A stretch of 64,000 nt of DNA, taken from the human T2T-CHM13v2.0 reference genome, Homo sapiens. The notes beneath the pieces are model-generated. The model was not told the DNA's origin, ran no database searches, and worked only from the letters and a program-made list of their open reading frames with translations. The number at the start of each line of letters is the position of its first letter. Position 1 is the first letter of the stretch. Location: the NCBI RefSeq assembly GCF_009914755.1, contig NC_060933.1; one strand, 5' to 3'. Below are positions 28,901 to 42,409 of the stretch, piece after piece. A program made the translations under genes and the position numbers.

Positions 28901-30750
28901 GGATTGGAATGGATTGCAATGGAATGAAATGGAATGGAATGGAATGGAATCAATCATTCCGAGTGGAATGGAAGGGAATGTAAAGGAGTGGAAAGAATGG
29001 AATGGAATCAACTCGATTGCAATGGAATGGAATGGAATGGAATGGAATGGAATGGAATGGAATTAACCGGAATAGAATGGAATGGAATGGAATGGAACGG
29101 AATGGAATGGAATAGAAGGTAATGGAATCAACACGAGTGCAGGGGAATGGAATGGAATGGAATGCAATGGAATGGAATCATCCGGAATGGAATGGAATGG
29201 AATGGAATCAACTCCATTGCAATGGAATGGAATGGAATGGAATGGAATATAATGGAATGGAATTAACCCGAATAGAATGGAATGCAATAGAATGGAATGG
29301 AACGGAACCGAATGGAGTGGAATGGAATGGAATGGAATCAACCTCAGTGCAGGGGAATGGAATGGAATGGAATGCAATGGAATGGAATCATCCGGAAAGG
29401 AATGGAATGGAATGGAATGGAATGGAATCAAACCAAGTGCAATGGAATGGAGTGAAATGGATTGGAATGGAATGGAAACAACCAGAATGGATGGGAATAT
29501 AATGGAGTGTTAGGGAATTGAATAGAATCAATCTGAATGTAATGAAATGGAATGGAACGGAATGGAATGGAATGGAATGGAATCGAATGGAATGGAATGG
29601 AATGGAATCAACTGGTGTGGAATGGCATGGAATGGAATGCAATGGAATGGAATGGAATGGAATGGAATAGTTCGAAATAGAATGGATTGGAACAAAATGG
29701 AATGGAATGGAATGGAATGGAATGGAATCAAGTCGATTGCAGTGGAATAGAATGGAATGGAATGGAACGGATTGGAATGGAATGGAATGGAATGGAATTA
29801 AATGGAATGGAACGGAATGGAATCAACCCGAGTGCAGGGGAAAGGAATGGAATGGATTGCAATGGAATGGAATGGAATGGAATGGAATGGAATGGAATGG
29901 AATCCACCCGAGTGGAATGGCATGGAATGGAATGCAAAGGAATGGAATGGAATGGAATCAACTCGAGTGGAAAGGAATGGAATGGAATGGAAAGGAATGG
30001 AATGAAATCAACTCGAGTGGAATGGAATATAATGGAATGGATTGGAATGGATTGCAATGGAATGAAATGGAATGGAATGGAATGGAATCAATCATTCCAA
30101 GTGGAATGGAAGGGAATGTAATGGAGTGGAAAGAAGGGAATGGAATCAACCCGAGTGGAATGCAGGGCAATGGAATGGAATTGAAAGGAATGGAATGGAA
30201 TAAACTCGATTGCAATCGAATGGAATGGAATGGAATGGAATGGAAAGGAATGGAATGGAAAGAAATGGGATGGAATGGAATGCAATGGAATGGAATCAAC
30301 CTGAGTGCAATCGAATGGAATCGAATGGAATGGAATGCAATGGAATGGATTCAACTTGAATGGAATGGAAAGAATGGAATCAACACGAGTGGAATGGCAT
30401 GGATTGGAATGGAATGGAATGGAATCAACCCGAGTACAGGGGAATGGAATGGAATGGAATGCAATGGAATGGAATCATCCGTAATGGAAAGGAAAGGAAT
30501 GGAATGGAAAGGAATGGAATGGAATGGAATGGAATGGAATCAACTCGATTGCAATCGAATGGAATGGAATGGAATTAACCCGAATAGAATGGAATGGAAT
30601 GGAATGGAACGGAACGGAACGGAATGGAATGGAATGGAATGGAAAGGAACAGAAAGGAATGGAATGGAATGGAATGGAATGGAATGGAATGGAATGGAAT
30701 GGAATCAACGCGAGTGCAGGGGAATAGAATGGAATGGAATGTAATGGAAT

Positions 30751-30765
30751 GGAATCTTCCGGAAT
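30751..30765. promoter_or_regulatory. Canonical heat-shock element nearest the inversion junction
   Basis: GGAATCTTCCGGAAT, ~325 bp left of the breakpoint. Confidence 0.55.
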
Positions 30766-31076
30766 GGAATGGAATGGAGTGGAATCAACCTGAATGGAAT
30801 CGAATGTAATGGAGAGTAAGGGAGTTGAATAGAATCAATCCGAATGTAATGGAATGGAATGGAACGGAATGGAATTGAATGGAATGGAATGGAATGCAAT
30901 GGAATGGAATCAACCCGAGTGCAATGGAATGGAGAGGAAGGGAATGGAATGGAGTGGAAACTACCCGAATGGAATGGAATGTAATGGAGTGTAAGGGAAT
31001 TGAATAGAATCAATCCGAATGTAATGGAATGGAATGGAACGGAATGGAATGGAATGGAATGGAATGGAAAGAAGGT

Positions 31077-31104
31077 AATGGAATCAACCCGAGTTGATTC
31101 CATT
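31077..31104. other. Inversion breakpoint (strand switch) within a 28-bp quasi-palindrome
   Basis: AATGGAATCAACCC|GAGTTGATTCCATT: two 14-bp arms centred on the CpG at 31090-31091, with one mismatched pair (C31089/A31092). No foreign sequence is inserted. Confidence 0.95.
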
Positions 31105-34100
31105 GCTTTGCATTCCGTTCCATTCCATTCCTTTTCATTGTATTCGGGTTAATTCCATTGCATTCCATTCCATTCCTTTCCATTCCATTCCATTCCATTA
31201 CAATGGAGTTGATTCCATTCCATTCCATTCCATTCCATTCCATTCCATTCCATTCCAGTCCTTTCCATTCCATTCCACTCGGGTTGATTCCATTCTATTA
31301 GTTTCCATTCCATTCCATTCCCTTCCATTCCACTCTGGTTGATTCCATTCCTTTCCATTTCACTCGAATACATTCCCTCCTATTCCACTCGGAAGGATTC
31401 CATTCCATTCCATTCCATTCCATTCCATTCCATTCCATTTCGTTCCATTCCATTCTATTCCGTACCATTCCATTCCATTCCATTCCATTCCATTCCATTC
31501 CATTCCACTCGTGTTGATTACATTCCTTTCCATTGTATTCAGTTTGAAGGCATTCCATTCCATTCCATTCCATTCCATTCCATTCCATTCCATTCCATTC
31601 CATTCCATTCCATTCCATTGTACTCGGGTTGATTCCATTCCATTGCATTCCATTCCATTCCATTCCATTCCATTCCATTCCATTCCATTCCATTCCATTC
31701 CATTCCGGATGATTCCATTCCATTGCATTCCATTCCATTCCATTCCCCTGCACTCGGGTTGATTACGTTCCATTCCCTTCCCTTCCATTCCTTTCCATTC
31801 TATTCCATTCCATTCTATTCGGGTGAATTCCATTCCATTCCATTCCATTCCATTCCATTCCATTCCATTCCATTCCATTCCATTCCATTGCAATCGAGTT
31901 GATTCCATTCCATTCCATTCCATTCCGTTCCGGATGATTCCATTCCATTGCATTCCATTCCAGTCCATTCCCCTGCAGTCGGTTTGATTCCTTTCCACTC
32001 CATTCCATTCCATTCCATTTCATTCCATTCCATTCCATTCCCCTGCAGTCGGTATGATTCCTTTCCATTCCATTCCATTCCGTTCCATTCCATTCCATTC
32101 CGTTCCATTCCATTCCATTCCATTCTATTCGGGTTAATTCCATTCCATTCCTTTCCATTCCATTCCAATCGAGTTAATTCCATTCCATTGCATTCCATTC
32201 CACTCCATTCCAGTCCTTTCCTTTCCATTCCACTCGGGTTGATTCCATTCTATTCCTTTCCATTCCATTCCATTGCAATCGAGTTGATTCCATTGCATTG
32301 CATTCCATTCCATTCCATTCCATTCCGGATGATTCCATTCCATTACATTCCATTCCATTCCATTCCCCTGCACTCGGGTTGATTCCATTCCATTCCACTC
32401 CATTCCGTTCCATTGCATTCCATTCCATTGTATTCGGGTTAATTCCATTCCATTCCATTCCATTCCATTCCATTCCATTCCATTCCATTACAATCGAGTT
32501 GATTCCATTCCATTCCATTCCATTCCATTCCATTCCATTCCATTCCATTCCTTTCCATTCCATTCCACTCGGGTTGATTCCATTCTATTAGTTTCCATTC
32601 CATTCCATTCCCTTCCATTCCACTCTGGTTGATTCCATTCCTTTCCATTCCACTCGACTACATTCCCTCCTATTCCCTCGGAACAATTCCATTCCATTCC
32701 ATTCCATTCTATTCCATTCCATTTCGTTCCATTCCATTCTATTCCATACCATTCCATTCCATTCCATTCCATTCCATTCCATTCCACTCGTGTTGATTCC
32801 ATTCCTTTCCATTCCATTCGGTTTGAAGCCATTCCATCCCATTCAATTCCATTCCATTCCTTTCCATTCCATTTCGGATGATGCCATTCCATTGCTTTCC
32901 ATTCCATTCCATTCCCCTGTACTCAGGTTTATTCCATTCCATTCCATTGCAATCCATGCCGTTCCACTCATGTTGATTCCATTCTTTCCATTCCATTCAA
33001 GTTGAATCCATTCCATTGCATTCCATTCCATTCGATTCCATTCGATTGCACTCGGGTTGATTCCATTCCATTCCATTCCATTCCATTCCGTTCCATTCCA
33101 TTCCGTTCCATTCCATTCCATTACATTCGGATTGATTCTTTTTAACTCCCTTACTCTCCATTACATTCCATTCCATTCGGGTTCTTCCATTCCATTCCAT
33201 TCCATTCCACTCCATTCCATTGCTCTCGGGTTGATTCCATTCCATTGCATTCCATTCCATTCCATTCCATTCCATTCCATTCCGGATGATTCCATTCCAT
33301 TGCATTCCGTTCTATTACATTCCCCTGCAATCGCGTTGATTCCATTCCATTCCATTCCATTCCATTCGATTCCATTCCATTCCAATTCGTTCCATTCCAT
33401 TCTATTCCGTACCATTCCATTCCATTCCATAGCATTCCATTCCATTCCATTCCATTCCATTCCTTTCCATTCTGTTCTATTCCGTTCCATTCCATTAAAT
33501 TCCATTCCATTCTATTAGGGTTAATTCCATTCCATTCCATTCCATTCCATTCCATTCCATTCTATTCCATTCCTTTCCAATCGAGTTGAATCCCTTGCAT
33601 TCCATTCCATTCCATTCCATTCCATTCCATTCCAGAAGATTCCATTCCATTGCATGCCATTCCATTCCATTCCATTCCATTCCATTCCCCTGCACTCGCG
33701 TTGATTCCATTCCATTCCATTCCATTCCATGCCATTCCATTCCGTTCCGTTCCGTTCCATTCCATTCCATTCCATTCCATTCCGTTCCGTTCCATTCCAT
33801 TCCATTCCATTCTATTCGGGTTAATTCCATTCCATTCCATTCGATTGCAATCGAGTTCATTCCATTCCATTCCTTTCCATTCCATTCCTTTCCATTCCAT
33901 TACTAATGATTCCATTCCATTGCATTCCATTCCATTCCATTCTCCTGTACTCGGGTTGATTCCATTCCATTCCATTCCATTCCATACCATTCCACTCGTG
34001 TTGATTCCATTCTTTCCATTCCATTCAAGTTGAATCCATTCCATTGCATTCCATTCCATTCGATTCCATTCGATTGCACTCGGGTTGATTCCATTACATT

Positions 34101-37100
34101 GCATTCCATTCCATTCCATTCCATTCCATTCCATTCCATTGAACTCGGGTTGATTCCATTCCATTGCATTCCATTCCATTCCATTCCGTTCCATTCCATT
34201 CCATTACATTCGGGTTGATTCTATTCAACTCCCTTACTCTCCATTACTTTCCATTCCATTCGTGCTGTTCCATTCCATTCCATTCCATTCCACTCCATTG
34301 CATTGCATTCGGGTTGATTCCATTCCATTCCATTCCATTCCATTCCATTCCATTCCGGATGATTCCACTCCATTGCATTCCATTCCATTACTTTCGCCTG
34401 CACTCGGGTTGATTCCATTACATTCCATTCCATTCCGTATCATTCCATTCGATTCCATTCCATTCCAATTCTTTCCTTTCCATTCTATTCCGTACCATTC
34501 CATTCCATTCCATACAATCCCATTCCATTCCATTCCATTCCATTCCATTCCGTTCCGTTCCGTTCCGTTCCATTCCATTCCATTCCATTCTATTCGGCTT
34601 AATTCCATTCCATTCCATTCCATTCTATTCCACTCCATTGCAATCGAGTTGAATCCATTGCATTCCATTCCATTCCATTCCATTCCATTCCGGAAGATTC
34701 CATTCCATTGCTTTCCATTCCATTCCATTCCCCTGCAATCGCGTTGAATCCATTCCATTCCATTCCATTCCATTCCATTGCATTCCATTCCTTTCCGTTC
34801 CATTGCATTCCATTCCATTCCATTCCCTTCCATTCCGTTCCGTTCCATTCCATTCCATTCCATTCTATTGGGGTTAATTCCATTCCATTCCATTCGATTA
34901 CAATCGAGTTGATTCCTTTCCATTCCATTCCATTCCATTCCATTCCATTCCATTCCATTCCCTTCCATTCCATTACGGATGATTCCATTCCATTGCATTC
35001 CATTCCATTCCATTCCCCTGTACTCGGGTTGATTCCATTCCATTCTATTCCAATCCATGCCATTCCACTCGTGTTGATTCCATTCTTTCCATTCCATTCA
35101 AGTTGAATCCATTCCATTGCATTCCATTCCATTTGATTCCATTCGATTGCACTCGGGTTGATTCCATTCCATTGCATTCCATTCCATTCCATTCCATTCC
35201 ATTCCGTTCCATTCCATTTCATTACATTCAGATTGATTCTATTCAATTCCCTTACACTCCTTTATATTCCAATCCATTCTGGTTGTTTCCATTCCATTCC
35301 ATTCCATTTCACTCGTGTTGATTCCATTCTTTTCCATTCCATTCGGTTTGAAGCCATTCCATTCCATGCAATTCCACTCCATTCCATTCCATTACATTCC
35401 ATTCCATTCCATTCCATTCCATTCCATTGTACTCTGGTTGATTCCATTCCATTGCATTCCATTCCATTCCATTCCGTTCCATTCCATTCCATTACATTCG
35501 GATTGATTCTATTCAACTCCGTTACTCTCCATTACATTCCATTCCATTCGGGTTGTTCCATTCCATTCCATTCCATTCCACTGCATTCCATTGAACTCGG
35601 GTTGATTCCATTCCATTCCATTCCATTCCATTCCATTCCGGATGATTCCATTCCATTGCATTCCGTTCCATTACATTCCCCTGCACTCGCGTTGATTCCA
35701 TTCCATTCCATTCCATTCCATACCATTCCATTCCATTCCATTCCATTCCATTCCATTCCATTCCATTCCTTTCCATTCCATTACGGATGATTCCATTCCA
35801 TTGCATTCCATTCCATTCCATTCCCCTGTACTCGGGTTGATTCCATTCCATTCTATTCCAATCCATGCCATTCCACTCGTGTTGATTCCATTCTTTCCAT
35901 TCCATTCAAGTTGAATCCATTCCATTGCATTCCATTCCATTCGATTCCATTCGATTGCACTCGGGTTGATTCCATTCCATTGCATTCCATTCCATTCCAT
36001 TCCATTCCATTCCATTCCATTACAATGGAGTTGATTCCATTCCATTCCATTCCATTCCATTCCATTCCATTCCAGTCCTTTCCATTCCATTCCACTCGGG
36101 TTGATTCCATTCTAATACTTTCCATTCCATTTCATTCCATTCGAATCCATTCCATTGCACTCGGTTTGATTCCATTCCATTCCATTCCATTCCATTTCAT
36201 TCCATTCCATTCCATTACATTCGGACTGATTCTATTCAATTCCCTTACACTCCATTACATTCCATTCCATTCGGGATTTTTCCATTCCATTCCATTCCAT
36301 TCCATTCCATTCCATTCCATTCCATTCCATTGCATCGGGTTCATTCCATTCCATTCCATTCCATTCCATTCCGGATGATTCCATTCCATTGTATTCAATT
36401 CCATTCCATTCCCCTGCACTTGGGTTGATTTCATTCCATTCCATTTCCTTCCATTCCTTTCCATTCCATTCCATTCAATTCTATTCGGGTTAATTCCATT
36501 CCATTCCATTCCATTCCATTCCATTCCACTCCATTCCATTGCAATCGAGTTGATTCCATTCCATTCCATTCCATTCCATTCCGTTCGATTGCAATCGAGT
36601 TGATTCCATTCCATTCCATTCCATTCCATTCCATTCCATTCCTTTCCATTCCATTACGGATGTTTCCATTCCATTGCATTCCATTCCATTCCATTCCCCT
36701 GTACTCGGGTTGATTCCATTCCATTCCATTCCATTCCATTCCATTCCATTCCGGAAGTTTCCATCCCATTGCATTCCATTCCATTCCATTCCCCTGCACT
36801 CGCGTTGATTCCATTCCATTCCATTACATTCCATTCCATTCCGTTCCGTTCCATTCCATTCCATTCCATTCCATTCTATTCGGGTTAATTCCATTCCATT
36901 CCATTCGATTGCAATCGAGTTGATTCCATTCCATTCCATTCCATTCCATTCCATTCCATTCCATTCCATTCCTTTCCATTCCATTACGGATGATTCCATT
37001 CCATTGCATTCCATTCCATTCCATTCCCCTGTACTCGGGTTGATTCCATTCCATTCCATTCCAATCCATGCCATTCCACTCGTGTTGATCCCATTCTTTC

Positions 37101-40100
37101 CATTCCATTCAAATTGCATCCATTCCATTGCATTCCATTCCATTCGATTCCATTCGATTGCACTCGGGTTGATTCCATTCCATTGCATTCCATTCCATTC
37201 CATTCAATTCCATTCCGTTCCATTCCATTTCATTACATTCAGATTGATTCTATTCAATTCCCTTACACTCCATTATATTCCAATCCATTCTGGTTGTTTC
37301 CATTCCATTCCATTCCATTTCACTCCATTCCATTGCACTCGGGTTAATTCCATTCCATTCCATTCCATTCCATTCCGGATGATTCCATTCCATTGCATTC
37401 CATTCCATTCCATTACCCTGCAGTCGGGTTGATTCCATTCCATTCCATTACATTACATTCCGTTCCATTCCATTCCATTCCATTCGGATTGATTCTATTC
37501 AATTCCCTTACACTCCATTACATTCCATTCGATTCGGTTAGTTTCCATTCCTTTCCATTCCATTCCTCTCTATTCCATTGCACTCGGGTTGATTCCATTC
37601 CATTCCATTCCATTCCATTGTACTCGGGTTGATTCCATTCCATTGCATTCCATTCCATTCCATTCCATTCCATTCCATTCCGTTCCATTCCATTCCATTA
37701 CATTCGGATTGATTATATTCAACTCCCTTACTCTCCATTACATTCCATTCCATTCGGGTTGTTCCATTCCATTCCATTCCATTCCACTCCATTCCATTGC
37801 ACTCGGGTTGATTCCATTCCATTCCATTCCATTCCATTCCATTCCGGATGATTCCATTCCATTGCATTCCGTTCCATTACATTCCCCTGCATTCGGGTTG
37901 ATTCCATTCCATTCCATTCGATTCCATTCGATTCCATTCCATTCCAATTCGTTCCAATCCATTCTATTCCATTCGATTCCATTCCATTCCAATTCGTTCC
38001 ATTCCATTCTATTCCGTACCATTCCATTCCATTCCATTCCATACCATTCCATTCCATTGCATTCCATTCCATTCCATTCCGTTCCATTCCGTTCCATTCC
38101 ATTCCATTCCATTCCATTCTATTCGGGTTAATTCCATTCCATTCCATTCCATTCTATTCTATTCCATTCCATTGCAATCGAGTTGAATCCATTGCATTCC
38201 ATTCCATTCCATTCCATTCCGGAAGATTCCATTCCATTGCAATCCATTCCATTCCATTCCCCTGCACTCGCGTTGATTCCATTCCATTCCATTCCATTCC
38301 ATTGCATTCCGTTCCATTCCGTTCCATTCCATTCCATTCCATTCCGTTCCGTTCCGTTCCGTTCCATTCCATTCCATTCTATTCGGGTTAATTCCATTCC
38401 ATTCCATTCGATTGCAATCGAGTTAATTCCATTCCATTCCATTCCATTCCATTCCATTCCATTCCTTTCCATTCCATTACGGATCATTCCATTCCATTGC
38501 ATTCCATTCCATTCCATTCCCCTGTACTCGGGTTGATTCCATTCCATTCCATTCCATTCCATTCCGTTCCGTTCCGTTCCGATCCATTCCATTCCATTCC
38601 ATTCCATTCCGTTCCGTTCCATTCCATTCCATTCCATTCCATTCCATTCTATTCGGGTTTATTCCATTCCCCTCCATTCGATTGCAATCGAGTTGATTCC
38701 ATTCCTTTCCATTCCATTCCTTTCTGTTCCATTCCATTCCATTCCATTCAATTCCATTCCATTCTATTCGTGTTAATTCCATTCCATTCCATTGCATTCC
38801 ATTCCATTCCATTCCATTCCATTCCGTTCCGTTCCGTTCCGTTCCGTTCCATTCCATTCCATTCCATTCTATTCGGGTTAATTCCATTCCATTCCATTCG
38901 ATTGCAATCGAGTTGATTCCATTCCATTCCATTCCATTCCATTCCATTCCATTCCTTTCCATTACATTACGGATGATTCCATTCCATTGCATTCCATTCC
39001 ATTCCATTCCCCTGTACTCGGGTTGATTCCATTCCATACCATTCCATTCCATGCCATTCCACTCGTGTTGATTCCATTCTTTCCATTCCATTCAAGTTGA
39101 ATCCATTGCATTGCATTCCATTCCATTCGATTCCATTCGATTGCACTCGGGTTGATTCCATTCCATTGCATTTCATTCGATTGCACTCGGGTTGATTCCA
39201 TTCCATTGCATTCCATTCCATTCCATTCCATTCCATTCCATTCCATTCCATTCCATTCCATTACTTTCGGATTGATTCTATTCAATTCCCTTACACTCCA
39301 TTACATTCCATTCCATTCGGGTAGTTTCCATTCCATTCCATTCCATTCCTCTCCATTCCATTTCACTAGGGTTGATTCCATTCCATTCCATGCCATTCCA
39401 TGCCATTCCATTCCATTCCATTCCATTCCATTCCGGATGATTCCATTCTATTGAATTCCATTCCATTCCATTCCCCTGCACTTGGGTTGACTCCATTCCA
39501 TTCCATTCCATTACTTTCAGTTCCATTCCATTCCTTTCCATTCCATTCCATTCCATTCCATTCCATTCTATTCGTGTTAATTCCATTCCATTCCATTGAA
39601 ATGGAGTTGATTCCATTCCATTCCATTCCATTCCATTCCATTCCATTCCGGATGATTCCTTTCCACTACATTCCAATCCATTCCATTCCCCTGCACTCGG
39701 GTTGAATCCCTTCCTTTCCATTCCATTACATTCCGTTCCATTCCATTCCATTCCATTCCATTCCATTCCATTCGGGTTAATTCCATTCCATTCCATTCCA
39801 TTCCATTCCATTCCAATCGAGTTGATTCCATTCCATTCCATTCCATTCCATTCCATTCCAGTTCGTTCCATTCCGTTCTATTCCATACCATTCCATTCCA
39901 TTCCATTCCTTTCCATTCCATTCCTTTCCACTCGTGTTGATTCCATTCCTTTCCATTCCATTCGGTTTGAAGGCATTCCATTCCATTCCATTCCATTCCA
40001 TTCCATTCCCTTCCATTCTATTCCATTGCATTGCAATCGAGTTGAATCCATTGCCTTTCATTCCATTCCATTCCATTCCGGAAGATTCCATTCCATTGCA

Positions 40101-42409
40101 TTCCATTCCATTCCATTCCCCTGCACTCGCGTTGATTCCATTCCATTCCATTCCATTCCATTCCATTCTGTTCCGTTCCATTCCATTCCATTCCATTCCA
40201 TTCCATTCCGTTCAGTTCCATTCCATTCCATTCCATTCTATTCGGGTTAATTCCATTCCATTCCATTCCATTGCCATCGAGTTGATTCCATTCCATTCCA
40301 TTCCATTCCATTCCATTCCCTTCCATTCCTTTCCATTCCATTACGTATGACTCCATTCCATTGCATTCCATTCCATTCCATTCCCCTGTACTCGGGTTGA
40401 TTCCATTCCATTCCATTCCACTCCATTCGGTTCCGTTGCATTCCATTCTATTGCGTTCCATCTATTCGTGTTAATTCCATTCCATTCTATTCCATTCCAT
40501 TCCATTCCATTCCATTGCAATGGAGTTGATTCCATTCCATTCCATTCCATTCCGGATGATTCCATTCCATTGCATTCCATTCCATTCCATTCCCCTGCAC
40601 TCGTGTTGATTCCATTCCCTTCCATTCCATTCCATTCCGTTCCATTCCATTCCATTCCGTTCTATTCCGGTTAATTCCATTCCATTCCATTCCATTCCAT
40701 TCCATTCCATTGCAATCGAGTTGATTCCATTCCATTCCTTTCCATTCCATTCCATTGCCTTGTATTCCACTCGGGTTGATTCCATTTCCTTCTTTCCACT
40801 CCATTACATTCCCTTCCATGATTGATTCCATTCCATTCCATTCCATTTCATTCCATTGCAATCCATTCCAATCCATTCCATTCCATTCCATTCCACTCGA
40901 GTTGACTTCATTCCATTCCTTTCCATTCCATTCCATTCCTTTCCACTCGAGTTGATTCCATTCCATTCCAATCCATTGCATTCCATTCCATGCCATTTCA
41001 CTCGGGTTGATTCCATTCCTTTGCATTCCATTCCATTCCATTCCATTCCATTCCGTTGCATTCCATTCCATTACATTCGGATTGATTCTATTCAACTCCC
41101 TTACTCTCCATTACATTACATTCCATTCGGGTTGTTCCATTCCATTCCATTCCATTCCACTCCATTCCATTGCACTCGGGTTGATTCCATTCCATTCCAT
41201 TCCATTCCATTCCATTCCGGATGATTCCATTCCATTGCATTCCGTTCCATTACATTCCCCTGCACTCGCGTTGATTCCATTCCATTCCATTCCATTCCAT
41301 TCAATTCCATTCCATTACAATTCGTTCCATTCCATTCTATTCCGTACCATTCCATTCCATTCCATACCATTCCATTCCATTCCATTCCATTCCATTCCGT
41401 TCCATTCCGTTCCATTCCATTCCATTCCATTCTATTCGGATTAATTCCATTCCATTCCATTCCATTCCATTCTATTCCATTCCATTGCAATCGAGTTGAA
41501 TCGATTGCATTTCATTCCATTCCATTCCATTCCATTCCATTCCGGAAGATTCCATTCCATTGCATTCCATTCCATTCCATTCCCCTGCACTCGCGTTGAT
41601 TCCATTCCATTCCATTCCATTCCATTCCATTCCATTCCATTCCGTTCCGTTCCGTTCCGTTCCATTCCATTCCATTCCTTTCCGTTCCGTTCCGTTCCAT
41701 TCCATTCCATTCCATTCCATTCCATTCCATGCCATTCCACTCGGGTTGATTCTATACCTTTCCATTCCATTCGGGTTGAATCCATTCCATTCCATTTGAT
41801 TCCATTCCATTGCACTCGGGTTGATTCCATTCCATTCCATTCCATTCCATTCCATTCCATTCCGTTCCATTCCATTCCATTACATTTGGATTGATTCTAT
41901 TCAATTCCCTTACACTCCATTACATTCCATTCCATTCGGGTAGTTTCCATTCCATTCCATTCCATTCCTCTCCATTCCATTGCACTCGGGTTGATTCCAT
42001 TCCATTCCATTCCATTCCATTCCATTCCATTCCATTCCATTCCATTCCGTTCCGTTCTGTTCCGTTCCGTTCCATTGCATTCCATTCCTTTCTACTCGGG
42101 TTAATTCCATTCCATTCCATTCCATTCCATTCCATTCCATTCCAATCGAGTTGATTCCATTCCATTCCATTCCATTCCATTCCACTCCATTCCAGTCCTT
42201 TCCATTCCATTCCACTCTGGTTGATTCCAATGTATTCCTTTCCATTCCATTCCATTCCATTGCAATCGAGTGGATTCCATTGCTTTGCATTCCATTCCAT
42301 TCCATTCCATTCCGGATGATTCCATTCCATTGCATTCCATTCCATTCCATTCCCCTGCAATCGGGTTGATTCCATTCCATTCCACTCCATTCCGTTCCAT
42401 TCCATTCTA

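Larger units (their letters stand above)
1..31094 (+). repeat. HSat3 / Satellite III array, G-rich (GGAAT)n strand on +
   Basis: Continuous GGAAT pentamers interrupted by CAACCCGAGT, CAACTCGATTG, TTAACCCGAATAG and CATCCGG motifs. Long pure GGAAT runs plus CAACCCGAGT are the known hallmark of HSat3; HSat2 is instead dominated by CATTCGATTC. Confidence 0.96.

Noticed and set aside
31060-31120. Mobile element or target-site duplication at the junction
   Set aside because: Both sides are fully explained by satellite motifs overlapping by 5 bp, with no inserted bases.
30705-31342. ORFs that cross or start at the inversion junction and switch from MEWNG to IPFHS
   Set aside because: They only reflect the strand switch; there is no evidence of coding function.
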